A stretch of 64,000 nucleotides of DNA from Antedon mediterranea (Eukaryota > Animalia > Echinodermata). The stretch covers positions 26,486,070 to 26,550,069 of the forward strand of contig NC_092671.1 of NCBI RefSeq assembly GCF_964355755.1, read 5' to 3'. Shown piece after piece: positions 39,431 through 53,675 of this stretch. The notes under the pieces were generated by a model. That model had not been told where the DNA came from and ran no database searches. It was given only the letters and a program-made list of their open reading frames with translations. How positions within the stretch are numbered: the stretch's first letter is position 1; every line of letters starts with the position of its first letter. A program made the translations under genes and the position numbers.

Positions 39431-42400
39431 TAGCTATTGACGTGTTATAGAAATCTAGTTTATCAAAATTGTTGATAAGAATGCCACAATATGTATTTAC
39501 ATATGGATCATTTATTAACATGCAAACATGACATCATCACCTGTTATAGTTTGTCAAAATTTGATCAACTATAGTTTTATTGTTTAAGATAATGCACTTA
39601 AGAACACTCAAAGCTAATTCCAAATAGAGGCTGAGATAATTGTTTAAACTATGATGATAAGTTGTTTACCTGAAAAAGCCCCTAATTTAAATTTTAAAAT
39701 AGTCGACCGGAATTGCCCATTGTCTGAGAGACTGGTTACATTTTAACTGTTCAATTTAGTCTTTTTCATAAATGAAATCATTTTTTTTAAATAAACAGTG
39801 CATAACTTGATTAAAACTACAAAATGTCCTATTCAAAGTTTGATTTTGTTCTTCTTTATTTTTCATGTTTTGGGGGACTTTACGTCTTTAACCAAAATAT
39901 CTAAGCATAAAATTATTGATAGTAAATTATTTATTTGAATACTAACAATTCTAATTTCTTGAATCCACAAGTTTAAATTACTATGATAAAGCAATCATTC
40001 ATTGATGAATCCTGATTGACACAGGTTCAGACATCAATACACTCAGCTCCAACAACCAATTGTCTGAGGCCTTTTGTTACCTGCAAGGTCATCATTGTAG
40101 GGTTTTAGGCGAAAAGAAAAGCATTGTTGACACTTGCAGTGGATGATACAATATTGTGTATTCAGTCTGATACTAGCTTCGACTTTGAACGCATGGTGGT
40201 ATATACTTAGTTTGAGCATGTGGATTTGTACATTGGACCTGTATTAGGAGTGTTTGCTTTTTTAGGCTTGGTTTTTCAAGTATACCTAAGTATATTAAGG
40301 ACAGCAGTTGGAATTAAAACACAAGGTATTTTTTTATTTGGCAAATTTAGATAAAATGTATCATGTGACCATGAATATCCTATCAAAATTGTTTTGTTGG
40401 AATGTTATAGTATAGAAAATTCAATATTATTCTTGCTTTTTCTTCAGTATTTGTTTAGTTTGTAGACATTTTTACCATTGATAGTTTAGTTTACAGTAGT
40501 TGCAGTGATAATGAAGTCATTTAATTTGTTATGTATTTGAAAACAATAATAATTCTTCCAATAATAAAACAACATATCAGAAACAAAGTTTAAATCTATA
40601 TAATATTGTATGAAGTGTACAAAACACAATGAAAGTCCTTAGCATATACCTCACAACTCTCACACTTACAGCAATTATTGGATATATTTATTGAATTTTG
40701 AATTGATTATTCAATTTTATTTTTTTTTAAACAACCAATTTGCATATATAGGTACATGCATGTGGTTTCCTGCTGTTTGCAATTACAGTACAACAGTTTT
40801 ATATTTGTAATTAAAACTTGTAGCTTTTGTTAAAGCATATGGTTAAAGATAAAATATTGTGTATGTGAGATGATATTTCTCAAATATTATGTTTGAACTA
40901 AAAAACTCATTACTAATATTGTACAGTAGTAATTAAATTTGGATGCCTACAGTACTTTGCAGTCTACTGTGGGTTTTAATTGCTCATTTTAAGCAATTTC
41001 TGTAGTAAAAAACTGCCAAATAGGGTTTATTCTTGAATAAAATGTTTAGCAATACCCTTATTAATTTACTGATGAATCACAAGAAAAGTCTTTATAAAGT
41101 TTTTAAATATTTCTACTGATTGGATTCGAATTAAATTGTAGAACAAATGCTATAAATGAAATCTAACATTTAAGCATAATATTTTGATATAACATTTTAG
41201 AAAATAGAATGATTTATGTAACATACTGTATGCTGATTTCTGAGCTTCTCTTAATGGGGATTTCACAAACATTTAGTATTTAGCTGTATATATCAAAGTT
41301 GTTGCCCACAACATATCTAAGCTGAAAATATCTGCAATGTTCTTGAAAATTCTTATTTCATGCCTACTGTACCTTCTAAAAATATAATTTTTTAGGCAAT
41401 TTAGACAACCTAGTAATAATGCTGAAACTAAATATTTGTGAAATAAAATAGTGGGTTTTTTCTAATTTGCTACTGTACATTTATTTTGTACTGGGTTTTA
41501 TCTGTCCTTTTTTACTATAACTAACTGTACTGCAGTATATCTGTATCATAGTCGCCATCAGCGCTGTGAGCTTTGCATGTAGTTTGTTGATTTCATAGAA
41601 TACCTCATTCATGCCAGTCTAGTCATTCTAAAAACATACATGTAGCAAATTAAATGTTCCTTTATTACAGTTTCTTAGATTAGCTAACATATTCGTTGAG
41701 CTATTAGATATTTCATCATTATGTTTCATTAAATATTGAGGCATTAATTTCTATGGTTTTTCAGTATTACGTTGGCATTTAATGGGATGTTTTGTAGAAG
41801 TGATTTCACGATTTTGATTAAGTGTCGAGATTCAATACTTGATTTTTATCGTGAATGAAAAATGAGCCAATTATATGAACAAGCGGAGAAATCTTGTTAA
41901 AGATTTTAAGATTGAAGTTACGTGTCTGCATATACAAAAATACATTTTGGTTTTCAATAATTGAATTTACTGTGTCTGATTTTTGTTATCACTATTTGAA
42001 TTATGAAATATTTCTAAATATTGGAAGAATCATTGACTGAATTATTACAGTAAAATGGAAGGTAGAGTATATAATGAGATTTTAATATTCAGGTCTGATA
42101 TTTTATTCTTTTTTTATTTTAAGATTTAAAGATACAATAGTAAAGTGCTTATAAGTAAGTCAAGATATTTCAGTGCTTAAGTATATCTTTTTAACTTGCA
42201 ATATGGTTCATTTTTAGAGAAAATAAATTTGATTTGGAGGAGATTTGCGTAAGGTTATTTTGCATTACTTTTCAATTTTCTCAACTCATTGACATAATGA
42301 ACAACATTAATTGATGATTTTTGCCCTGGTTTATTTTGTCATTTCATATAAATATGTTTACTTTATAAAACTGTCTGCAATAATTATAATCCGATACTTT

Positions 42401-43247
42401 CAAACATTTGTTAAAGGTTTGGTTTGGAAGTTTTTCTGCATAACCTGAAATAATGTGATGTTTAGGTAGTCTATATTTTGAATAGCATATTGACTTTTTA
42501 TTTCAGTTATTTATTGAAGAATTATATATAGCACAATATATTTGCATAAAGATATCCATTTTAATGCAAGCTGTACAGTATGAAATCATGACTATTAATT
42601 ATTAAAATATATGTTTCATGTCTGTTTAATATTTGAGAAACTTTATGAATTATATATATTTTTCAATGATTGTTAAATATCAGTGTATTTTTTTACTAAA
42701 GTAATCCATGTGTTTTTGAATAGTAAATAGTGTAAAGTTGAGAATGCCTTGACTTTCAGATATTGTACAGCCTTCAGTAGGAAAAATTCTCAACTTTAAT
42801 ACTTTAGTTCCTTTTGGAAAAATATTGTGTACTGCAAACAAAATTGACATACCCCCAAAGACAAGAGTAAATGATTGGACAGGTTCAGTTGAGAACTTCA
42901 TTTATCATTTTTATGCTCTCGTCCTGTAATTACATAAAATAATAATAATATTTTTTAAAAAATACCTAGCCCTTTTTATCCCCTTCCAGAATCCATTCCC
43001 TCCAAAAAGTACAAAAACCCAACCCAATAACCCTTTTTATCAATATACAGTAATTTGTTAAGAATATAGTGTATGATGTTGCAATTATATTTTGATATAT
43101 TTTTTCTTTTTTAAGCAAATTGCTGACACATCAAAGCAATAAAGAACAATATCATAGATAAACAATTATGTATAAAATAGCACAAATTAACGTACTAATC
43201 ATTCTGCCTTGATGACTTCTAAACAATTTACTTTCACTATATTGCAG

Positions 43248-43394
43248 CTGATACAGAAACTCGTTCAAGCATATCATCTGCAGAGTTGCTGCTAACATCA
43301 CTTCCTTCAGAGACCAGAGTAGAGACAGAGGTCAATGAGGAAAGTAGGACTGATGAAATAGAACCTGCCCAGGATAATAAGGCCTTCCAAGAAG
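43248..43394 (+). CDS. SVIL: Supervillin-like gene, exon F (symmetric phase 1-1)
   Basis: ctttcactatattgcag| ADTETRSSISSAELLLTSLPSETRVETEVNEESRTDEIEPAQDNKAFQE G|gtaaga; 147 nt open. Confidence 0.75.
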
Positions 43395-45111
43395 GTAAGA
43401 AATTGATATTAAATCAAATTTAAATGTGGTTTTACAGTATATTAAGAAGTCTTTGTCATACATTTCATGATGTAGAAATTTTGACTGATTTTTAGCTTTC
43501 ATTATTCTGCCAGAGTTTGTTTGCAACTTTGTTTTCTCAAATCAGCTGATTGGGGGGGAAGTTGTACTGTATACTTATATGTATTAGGTAGGTAGTCTAT
43601 ACGTTGTGTGTGTGTGTATTCTGTACTTTGTCTAATTAAAGAAAAACAAATTTATTTCATGGTATGTTTTCATGAAAGTAATAAATAGCCTTAGGATTTA
43701 AGTTTTGTGATTTTGACAGATTAATGGATGTGGTACAACATGACTTTCTTGTTTATAATTTGATGCTTATTTACTATAATTAACTAGTTGTGTTCAGTGT
43801 TGTTCAGTTATAGTACATTCACTAGTTCACATAAGTACAGTATGTAGTATACTATACTATGTAGTAGCCTGTACTACTGTTTGCCAAATGTGTAAAAGAG
43901 TTTATCAGGCAAGTAAACCATACAAATACAAGCCACATATAGTAGATTCAGGGTAGAAAGTTATATTGAATAAGGAATAGGTCAAGTGTACAGTATATAC
44001 TGTAAATTGCTCAAATGTATATGTTAAAAACCACTGGACCAGGCTTACAGGTTATCCCAGTGTACTTATGTAATGTGCTATAAAACAACTATCAATACCC
44101 TTTCATTCCATTCTTTTGTTTTTAATGAGATATCTCATAGGAATTTTCTTTTATTCAGATGCCATATACTTTACACAACATTGTTATACAGTTTTACAGT
44201 AATGTACTGTAGTTTTCAGATGTACATGATCTGATATTTTGACCTTTGACATATCCTTGCCAGATTGTTGTTTCCGTCCACAATGTTTGCATTGTCAACA
44301 AGTTTCATTGATTTCATAAGTTATCCCATAGGTATTAGAACATAATGATTGGTAATTACTGGTTTAAACACTTGCAATAGATGAGTGAATTTTGTATGTA
44401 ACTGCACAAATACTAGGTTTTTTTTATATCGGTAGTAATAGTATACGATTGCTTTCATCCGTTGATGTCATAAGATAGCAGTGAGACTTGTTCATTATAT
44501 GTCAACTAAATAATTAAATTTTTATGTTTTACATTTCCTAGAAGGTAAAACTCTGGACAACTAATTCCTTGCAGGATTTTTTTTTAAAGGAGGAGCTCAT
44601 ATATATATATATAATAAAATGATAATCTGTCAAAAATATATAAAAAGGTAGTTCATTAAACTCTACACACTTTAATGGTAATTTCCCTTTATTGTGTCAA
44701 ATTTAACAATAAAACTTTGAGTTATAATTAGTGAAATAATACATTTTTACAATACCTATGGTTTTCAAAGGTTATTTTTCTATAAGAATGTATAATCATA
44801 TTTTTAGTGCAGATTTTAATATGAATACCATCTGTTGCAAAAAAAAAACAATGAAAAGCAGTAAATAATAAAATTTCCTGTTTCTTAGATTTTTTTTAAA
44901 AAGGTTCAAGTTATGACTTCAAACTGAAAAAAAAATACCTGTGTTATTTCCTTATAAAATTAAGATTTATTGCAGCTTAATGAAGATTTGTATTCTTGGA
45001 TTTATTATTATTATATAATGAAAGTATTGTGGCTTTCTCAGCAGGTGTGATACCAGTAGAATTTAGTACAGGTATACCTTACCTGAACAGGTAGTTATTC
45101 TATATATTCTA

Positions 45112-45512
45112 AAGTCAGTTTCTGCTGCGGAAAAAAAACATTTGTTAATCGTGTGAATAGATTAACCCCAGTTTCTCGGCAGTAGAAACAAATTTTCAGT
45201 ATTACCAGTTGAATGGCAGCCTGACAAAAACAGTTAAAAACACCCCATTGATTCGATGTTAGAATGCTTTTAGCTACTGTACAATGCAAAACCTTTAGTC
45301 AACTATACACGGGTCCCCTATACACTGCAATAATTTTTGAATTGACAGTCAGAGCCCATTGCAATTTGGGTAATGCTGACTATTTCCGTCGACGACTACT
45401 CACTAATTTAAACGGTTATTTAGAAACAATTTTAGCATAAATACAGTTGATATAAAATTATATTTTAAATATATTTTGAAATAAACGGTTTATTTGCAGC
45501 AGAAACAGACCC
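45112..45512. mobile_element. Harbinger-family MITE sharing TIRs with 10661-11483
   Basis: gtcagtttctgctgc ... gcagcagaaacagaccc|taa. Confidence 0.7.
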
Positions 45513-45819
45513 TAAAAGTACATTATAATGTTTACAAATAACTTTACAAGGAGTTAAGAAATACCATAACTGCCTAATTTGAAGGGTATTCCAAGTTTAG
45601 ATACTCTATTCATGAAATCAACATTCTGTAAATAGAATGAAAAAAAATTACTATAAAGTTGACTGGTCGTTGAAATTGGCATCTTTACAGAATAAAGAGG
45701 CTGCGAATAATTTTTGGTCAAATGTTTTCAACTTTGACCTTTGTTTACTATGTTATAGAGTTGACCACTGTCAAACCATTACCAGAATAGTACTGTAGCT
45801 CCAAATTACAGTAGTCTAA

Positions 45820-46578
45820 GGGTGCATTCGATCGACACTCCGTTCAATTAACCGTGTAGCGTAACCGGTGACCACATGGCCTTACGCAGCGGGAGGTACT
45901 CCCGTTCGAGGGACAAATCACAAATTTTACAACCGGGTAACTTAAATTACTCGCTGGAAGTATTCCATAAGGTCATCCATGCATGAGTAACCTTTGTATC
46001 CCATCATTCCATTCGTTGTTTACATTCATTTTCCGATAACGATGAAGTATTTCATAAAGTTATTCCTTAATTATGGTGTATTTAATGTATCAACAATTTG
46101 TTGCAATGCAACACCAAACCGGTCAGTAAAGCGATGTTTTAGTAAATGTTGACGTTCCGTCGTGTCCCGTCCAACTGCCTTTGAACATGATCATCCCCCC
46201 ACAATTCTAGTAGTAGATACGCTACAGAGTTATCGTTCCAAACAGCCATTTCGCAGATACTCTCAGTGCACACTGACTTCCTTGGCTGGGCGGTTACCTA
46301 GGCCTACCTTCTTCAGCATTTCGCGCGAAATTTGGTGTCGAATTTTATCGATTTCACATTATTGCCATGGCGACGAATATCTGGTAGAACCATTAACATG
46401 ATTAATGACCAAACGAAGCGATGGTACACGGTAGCTACCCACAAATTTGATGGTCAAAATCGTCACGGGTGGTCGAAATGGTTTTCTCATTAACACACTC
46501 GTTCGCGCACACACGGTATTCAACTACCGGGAAATTAACTGGTACTAGCACTGATATTTTTTGTGCTCGAACGCACCC
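45820..46578. mobile_element. Harbinger/Tourist-like MITE
   Basis: taa|gggtgcattcga ... tcgaacgcaccc|taa; GC-richer interior. Confidence 0.88.
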
Positions 46579-47640
46579 TAATGGAAACTGGTGTTTATGA
46601 AGAACATAGACTTTTGCACCTAAGCCAGTAGTCTGATAATTACTGCATGCAATATTACCATCTCACAACTGTTAAAAGGGCTTAGCTAATATCGTCGTTT
46701 TATTGAATACCGGTACTATTAAATGTCTAGGGTCATTGTATTGACTCGTTCATGGTCACGAAGGTGATATTAGACTCCCTAGTTAAACGACTAAGAACTA
46801 AATTATTAGGTTAAAAAAGGAAGGAAATAAGTTATTGGCTATTATTCGGACATAATTTGCATGGCTGTCACAATTAGACCACCATTATTTGTTTAAATAT
46901 GATTGAAGTCCTCCTTTAGTTTGAGGTGAGGCACTACTTTTAATTATGTTCTTCAAAATATAAATTTAGATTTATAAAAAGAATACGGAGAAGGGGATAT
47001 ATTGCATAATACTACTGTAGGGGGGTTGTTGTTGTTGAGGAATACTATGTTATTTCTCTATTGGTATGTGTAGGCCTACAGTAGCTCATTGAATGAAAGT
47101 TGTTATTGAGGAATATGAAACCAACAACATACAGTAGTTTGTGTAAAATGTGCAATATTTTATTTCTTTACTGTTATTCAGAATAGATATTTAGTACTTC
47201 ATACAGGTGACAAGTATTTAAATTGATAATTTTCCTGTAGTGGAAAATTTAGCAGTGTAAAATGTCATACATAGTTTGGCATACTGTAATATTGAACAAG
47301 AATTGATTTAACTATTCATCATATAAAAACCTTGCATACAGTAGCGATGACATTTTATTTTAATACTCATTGGCATTCATAGACATCTTAGATTGAAAAA
47401 AATAAGATTGTAAAATTCCAAGTTATTAAAGATACAGGTGTTGGCATTACTGTACCATATTATTTAAGAAGCTAGGCCTAGTGGTGAAATTGTGTTCTTT
47501 TGTAATCATTGGCATTCATTATTCATGGACATCTTAGATTGAAAAAGTAAAATTGTAAAATGTCATGTTATATTTTAGGGAGAAAAAATGTGACGTCACA
47601 TCTCGTAGCAAAACAATTTCTTGTTGCAACAAACTTTCTT

Positions 47641-47693
47641 CAGCAATTTTGTCCTACAGTAATTTTGTCCTACAGTAATTTTGTCCTACAGTA
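47641..47693 (+). repeat. 16-bp tandem repeat x3
   Basis: cag[c/t]aattttgtccta three times. Confidence 0.85.
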
Positions 47694-47938
47694 TTATCAA
47701 GTTTTTATACAACATTACTGTATTGTTGTTGAATTACCAGTTTTGGCATACTGTTTTATGGTACTACAGGGTATAATATTCTAAGAATTTATTATTATTA
47801 TTTAAATTTATCATATAAAAGCTATCCAGTCATGATAGTCCTGTTCTTTGATAACTTACTGTAGTAATCTATGTTTTTAAATTGAAAATTTAACTGTGAA
47901 TGCCAAGTCAAGAGAATATATTTTTGCGTACTGTAGTT

Positions 47939-48460
47939 GGGTATTGCTAAACACCGCAAACCCCGCAAACCCCCGCAAACCTCCAAAAAAACATAGCAAA
48001 CCCCACCGAACCAACATAAAAGTGATTGAATCATGTAGTGTACAACCCACTGGGTATATCAATGTAAAAAAAAAAATTTAATTTCTACTGTTAACAACTT
48101 ATTTTTGGTGGTAAAACATCATTTTTTGGTCAAAAATGATTGCTAAACCCCGCAAACCTCCAAAAAACCATAGCAAACCCCACCGAACAAACATAAAAGT
48201 GATTGAATAATGTAGTGTACAACCCACTGGGTATATAAATTATTAAATTTCTACTGTTAACTACTTTTTTGGGGATAAAACATCATTTTTGGGTTAAAAA
48301 TTAGCAATCATTTTTGACCAAAAAATAATGTTTTACCCCAAAAATAATTAGTTAACAGTAGAAATTTAATATTTTTTTTACATGGATATACCCAGTGGGT
48401 AAGTACACTACATGATTCAATCAGTTTTATGTTGGTTCGATGGGGTTTGCTATATTTTTT
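47939..48460. mobile_element. Foldback element copy, right end truncated (family of 59998-60685)
   Basis: gggtattgctaaacaccgcaaacccc start; two direct modules and one inverted module. Confidence 0.85.
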
Positions 48461-50301
48461 AGTTTATTATTTTAAAAAAAAACAATCTTAAATGTTACAC
48501 ATTTTGGAGAAAAATATAAATTGTGAAATGCCAAGCTGAACACACCATTCATACATAGACTACATTATCCACTGCATTATGTAATAAAAATATAGAATTG
48601 ATTAATCTTGTGATTTGACATAATGTTCTTTAATAATTACCAGTATCTGTTTCAAACATCATTCTTTCTGACGTTAATGTCCGGATATTTATTCACCAGG
48701 TGTTTTGACTAAAAGTAATCCTGAATATATTTTTTTCACTAACTACAAAATGTTACAGTAAAATTTGTTATCTATCTTATCTATCAGTATCGTATTTAGA
48801 GTTGCAGTGTTGATTATAGTTTTAATGAATTCATGTAAATGCTTTGTATGTTGGAAATTAGGATAGTTATACAGTACATCAAAGGGGTATGTATCGGTGT
48901 CCACAGCTGTTGGAATATATCTACATATTTAATGCTAGCAGGTTGTTGACAGGCAGTAGTACTTGTCTCGCCAGGTGTATAAATGTTCCCTACTACAACT
49001 CATATGTATTGCATTATGTTGAGCTTCAACAGTTTCAACAGGTAGGCTATTGGTTTTGGCTATTTTTAGGCTTGAAGAAATGTGTACAGTACCCTACAGA
49101 TGCAGATAGAGTTGTAGTTTAATAAAAATAATTAGCCAGGTAAAGTTCACTCAACAGGTATGTGATTATTGCCTGGTTTCACCTGTGTTGAACTACAGTA
49201 TTGAACAGTTTCAACAGGTAGGCTATATTATATGCATTTTGGCTATTTGCACTGTGCAGTCAAAGAAAGTCTGGGTACATGTAATTGTACAGTATTATCA
49301 TCTGGAAAAGTTAGAGATACTGTGGGTAAGGCTTTTTCCTAATGTTAATTTATAAGAAATGAATAGCTGTTCAGTTTTAAGCTTTGTTCTGAAAGCTATG
49401 TGAGTGTGTTGTTAAGCTATGTTCTGTTTAGCTATGTTCTGTTTAGCTAAACTGTATGTTCTGATGAGCTATTTTCTGTAACCATCACCGGGTATGATTT
49501 AAATTAGGTTAAAAAAATTAAAATTAATTTAATCAGTACTGTTGAACTTTACTTGTAACTTACTGGTTGGTTTTTCTACACAGACAATAACCAGGTTAAA
49601 TTCTTATTTATTTAACCTGACATCTATTCTTGACATTTATTAATATTTAAATTACTATCGTCTTTTTCCGTATAAGTTGCTTAAATAGTATTAAGGAATT
49701 TAATTAAGTTTTATTTGATTTTCAATTGTTACTCTGCATATATTAAAAATTGTCCCTTAATTTTCATTTGATTGGTTGATTTCGTATTACACAGCGTTTT
49801 TTTGTTCCTTAATAGTTCTATACAACTTATAAGATTTGTTGGAACATGAATGCAACATTGAAATCCAACCTGTTGAGTGTAGTGATTTATCGGACTGCAT
49901 ACGACAAAACTGATAGGCCTGCTACAATATCATTCCATTTTCAAAGCCCTTCTCCCAAATTTGTCTGATTACACTATGATTAAACAACAAACAAAGAAGA
50001 CTAAAGGTTGCAGAAAATTGCTTATACTGTAAGGAAATGGTTTCTTATGATGCATGTTGGCAGGCAAATGTAAAGTTTACTATTTGAAACAACATCTGGA
50101 CGATAACGAATGAAGATAACGAACGACTATAAGTAATTTATCTACTTATCATCATATAACAATTGATATGTATAGATTTTGACCAGGATACATCTTTACC
50201 ATAAAACCTCGAGAAGAAGCCCACATACAAAAAAAAAAGAGGTTTATGGTAGCTTAGTACACCAGATGATATTATCTGAATAGTCAAATCATGGAATAAA
50301 T

Positions 50302-50644
50302 GGGATATTGCTAAACCTCCAAAAAAACATAGCAAACCCCACTAAACCAACATAAAAGTAATTGAATCATGTAGTGTACAACTCACTGGGTATATACAGG
50401 TAAAACAAATATTCAATTTCTACTGTTAACTACTTATTTGTAGCTACATGTATGTTTTTTGGAGGTTTGTGGGGGTTTAGCAATCATTTTTGACCAAAAA
50501 ATAAGTAGTCAACAGTAGAAATTTAATATTTGTTTTACATGGATATACCCAGTGGGTCGTACACTACATGATTCAATCACTTTTATGTTGGTTTGGTGGG
50601 GTTTGCTATGTTTTTTTGGAGGTTTGCGGGGTTTAGCAATACCC
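50302..50644. mobile_element. Foldback element, short two-module copy
   Basis: gggatattgctaaacc ... gggtttagcaataccc. Confidence 0.85.
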
Positions 50645-51791
50645 GAAGAATTGCTAAATAATTCCTAAATGGTCAAATTTTCATTATTAGCTACTGTATA
50701 GAGTATAGCAGTGTAGTTTTAAAGGGCAACAAGAAGAGGTCTATTGATTTATAACTTCTAGCAAAAAAATTGAATCAAACTGGTTTATTTCCATTGGGGT
50801 CCTACATTTGTATAAACAGGTCTCAGTCCTATTAAGTTGGAGTTCCACTACAAAAATGTCTTTTAGGGTAAACTTTTCAAGGATCACTTCATTTACTAAT
50901 TATAGTGATTGAAGTTGAACTATTATTGTTGCATAAATAACAAAATGAGTTAGTGGGTGTTACTACAGAAAATTGTTCAATAAATCACAGTTTAGGTGAT
51001 TGTATTGTATGTTTCCAGACACTGTACATGTAAAATTTCACACTCTATAGATCATGCACAGCAGGAGTATAAAAGATCATTTCCTCTCAATTTTAATAGG
51101 TGGTCCTTGAAACCTATTGTTCCTTCAGTCAAAACATAACCCAAAATAAGCCTTAAATTTACCAGTGCACGTAATAAGATTCAAAAATAAGAACTATTGA
51201 GATTTTTTTTTACCACTCAACAAAACAAAAACACTTGAACAACAATGATTTTCATTCAGTAATACAATTTATTTTATGCAGTTGCTATGTACAAGAAAAT
51301 AACACTTTAACTTTACAATCATGTCACCTGATACTGCTGTGAAATATCGGCAGTTTCTTTAACTATTCTTCTACAGTCTTCAGTCTGTTCAGCTAATGAA
51401 TTTTAAGTAAGTAATTTCTTTTCAAATTAGTTGTAGTGGTTTATCGTTAATTTTAACAGTAGACGGTAGCTTTTAAGTAAACATTTCCACCCGTACATTA
51501 ATTAGATTTGTTAGATGTGTTGATTCTAAGCCTAATTCAAAAGTTTTTTTTGTGGACTCATGTTTTGCTTTCTTTGTTGTCATTGCTTGCCATGCAGTTC
51601 TAAGGCAAATGAAGTGAACATTTCTTAAGGTCATTTTGTACTATTCTATGAAGCGTACAGCCTCATTTGATCAGAGCAAATATAAAATAGTTTTAGTGAG
51701 ACTTTAAAATATGTAACCTAACAAAACTCAAATTATTCTTTGTACTATACAAAATGATTTGATTAGTCAGGGACAAGCCTGTAGCCAATAA

Positions 51792-53675
51792 CAGTGTTCT
51801 CCCCAGGATTCATATCAAGCGTCACGCTTGCCCCCCCCCCCCCCCCCACCATGGTTGGGGCTGTGGCGAAGCGATTTTTGGTAATTTACACCCTAGATGG
51901 CCGGAAATGGTACTCTCGCACATAACATTTATGTTGAATGACACCTCTGGTTTGGCCGGAAATAACACTTATAGCGCGCTAGCAAACAACAAAACGATCG
52001 TAGCCAAATTTTTCCGCCGGTAAACATACGCGAAGAAACATTTTTTGCTTTCATTACGAATGTCAGGGGGAAGCCCCAATGAAAAAAATAGGCCTAATCT
52101 ATTAGCCTACTCATCAGTAGGACAACTCTAGTTGGCCGGAAACGAAACTTTATAGCGCACTAGCAAACAGTAAAACCATCGTAGCATACTTTTTCCGCCA
52201 GTAAACATACGCGATAAAAAAATGTTTTTGCGTTCAATACGAACGTCAAGGGGAATTCCCCGATGAAATAAAACTAGGCCTACTCATGAGTAGAACAACT
52301 CTGTAGTTGGCCGGAAAGACACTTCATAGCGCGCTAGCAAACCGCACGATCGTAGCCTGCTTTTACCGCCGGTAAACATACGCGATAAGAAACATTTTTT
52401 GCGTTCATTACGAACGTCAAGGGGAATTCCCCGATGAAATAAAAAATGCCTACTCATCAGTAGGACAACTCTGTAGTTGGCCGGAAAGGACACTTCATAG
52501 CGCGCTAGCAAACAGCCCGATTGAGCCTACTTTTCCGCAGGTAAACATACTGTACGCGATATATGAAAAAAAAAATATGCCTCATCAGTAGGCAACTGTA
52601 GTTAGCCGGAAACGACACCTCATAGCGCGTTAGCAAACATTAAAACGATCGTAGCCTACTTTTTTTTTCCGCCGGCGGGTAAACATATGCGATAAAAAAA
52701 CATTTTTTGCGTTCAAATACAAACATCGGGGGCAAGTCCCGATGAAATAAAACTAGGCCTACTCATTAGTAAGACACCTCTAGTTGCCCGGAAATAAGAC
52801 TTCATAGCACACTAGGAAATAGGAAAACATTCGAAAGAGAGACATGGCAGTAACAAAACACGTGCTTACATCTCTCGGCGGCGGCCGGTGAAAGCACCAT
52901 GTGACATACAGTATCGCAGTACTGATATCACAATACCATGTGACATCCCTTGTCACTCGACTTTCTCACGAAGTAGGGCCTAAAACATTCTAGCACCGAT
53001 GTACAACTGTACCTTAAGTTAAGTGAAATAAGACTTTAGCGCACTAGCAAATAGGAAAACGATCGTAGCCTTCTTGAATGTATTTTACGATCAAAGCAGC
53101 TAGCATTGAATTGCGCCTAGAAATCATTTGATGACGTGCGTATGTTACCAACGAAAGAGTAAATCCCACCGATAGAGTCGATTAATTCAGTGTGATATTG
53201 AAAATAATAATATCATCGATATTTATTTTTAATACACATAACATTTTTACAAGAAAAACAATACAATCAATCATTTACTTTATTTACAATATACAAGTTA
53301 CTACACTTTAGACAACAGCCAAATACTAGAGATCGAAAGAGAGACATGGCAGTAACAAAACACGTGTTTACATCTCTCGGCGGCGGCCGGTGAAAGCGAG
53401 TCTCAGTTTAGTTAACACTTTGTTACGCAGTCTTTTGTTTTTCGTCTAGTGGTCATGTCACGTGTCTCGTATGCATTAGGCTCTTTATGCATGCCGCGCC
53501 TCAGCTCTAGAAAAAGTACCGTACCTGCCTGTTAATCTATTTTTAGATTGTTGTGGTTGATATTTTTAAGCGTCACGGATAAGGTTTTAAGCGTCACGGC
53601 CGACCGTAAAGCGTCACGGTAGAGAACCCAAGCGTCACGGTACCGTGACGCTTCAAAGGCCTGGGGAGAACACTG
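51792..53675. mobile_element. Non-autonomous TIR element (CAG ends, hAT/P-like) carrying an internal ~180-bp tandem array
   Basis: Perfect 16-bp TIR cagtgttctccccagg / cctggggagaacactg; clustered subterminal aagcgtcacg motifs; about 5 diverged units at 51950-52830; flanks caataa / caatat. Confidence 0.88.

Noticed and set aside
49232-49325. Possible ATG-to-gtaagg mini first exon
   Set aside because: No homology or compositional support; expected by chance
51950-52830. CRISPR-like appearance of repeated units (also 13080 and 28002)
   Set aside because: Units are contiguous tandem repeats without unique spacers; no cas genes; eukaryotic context
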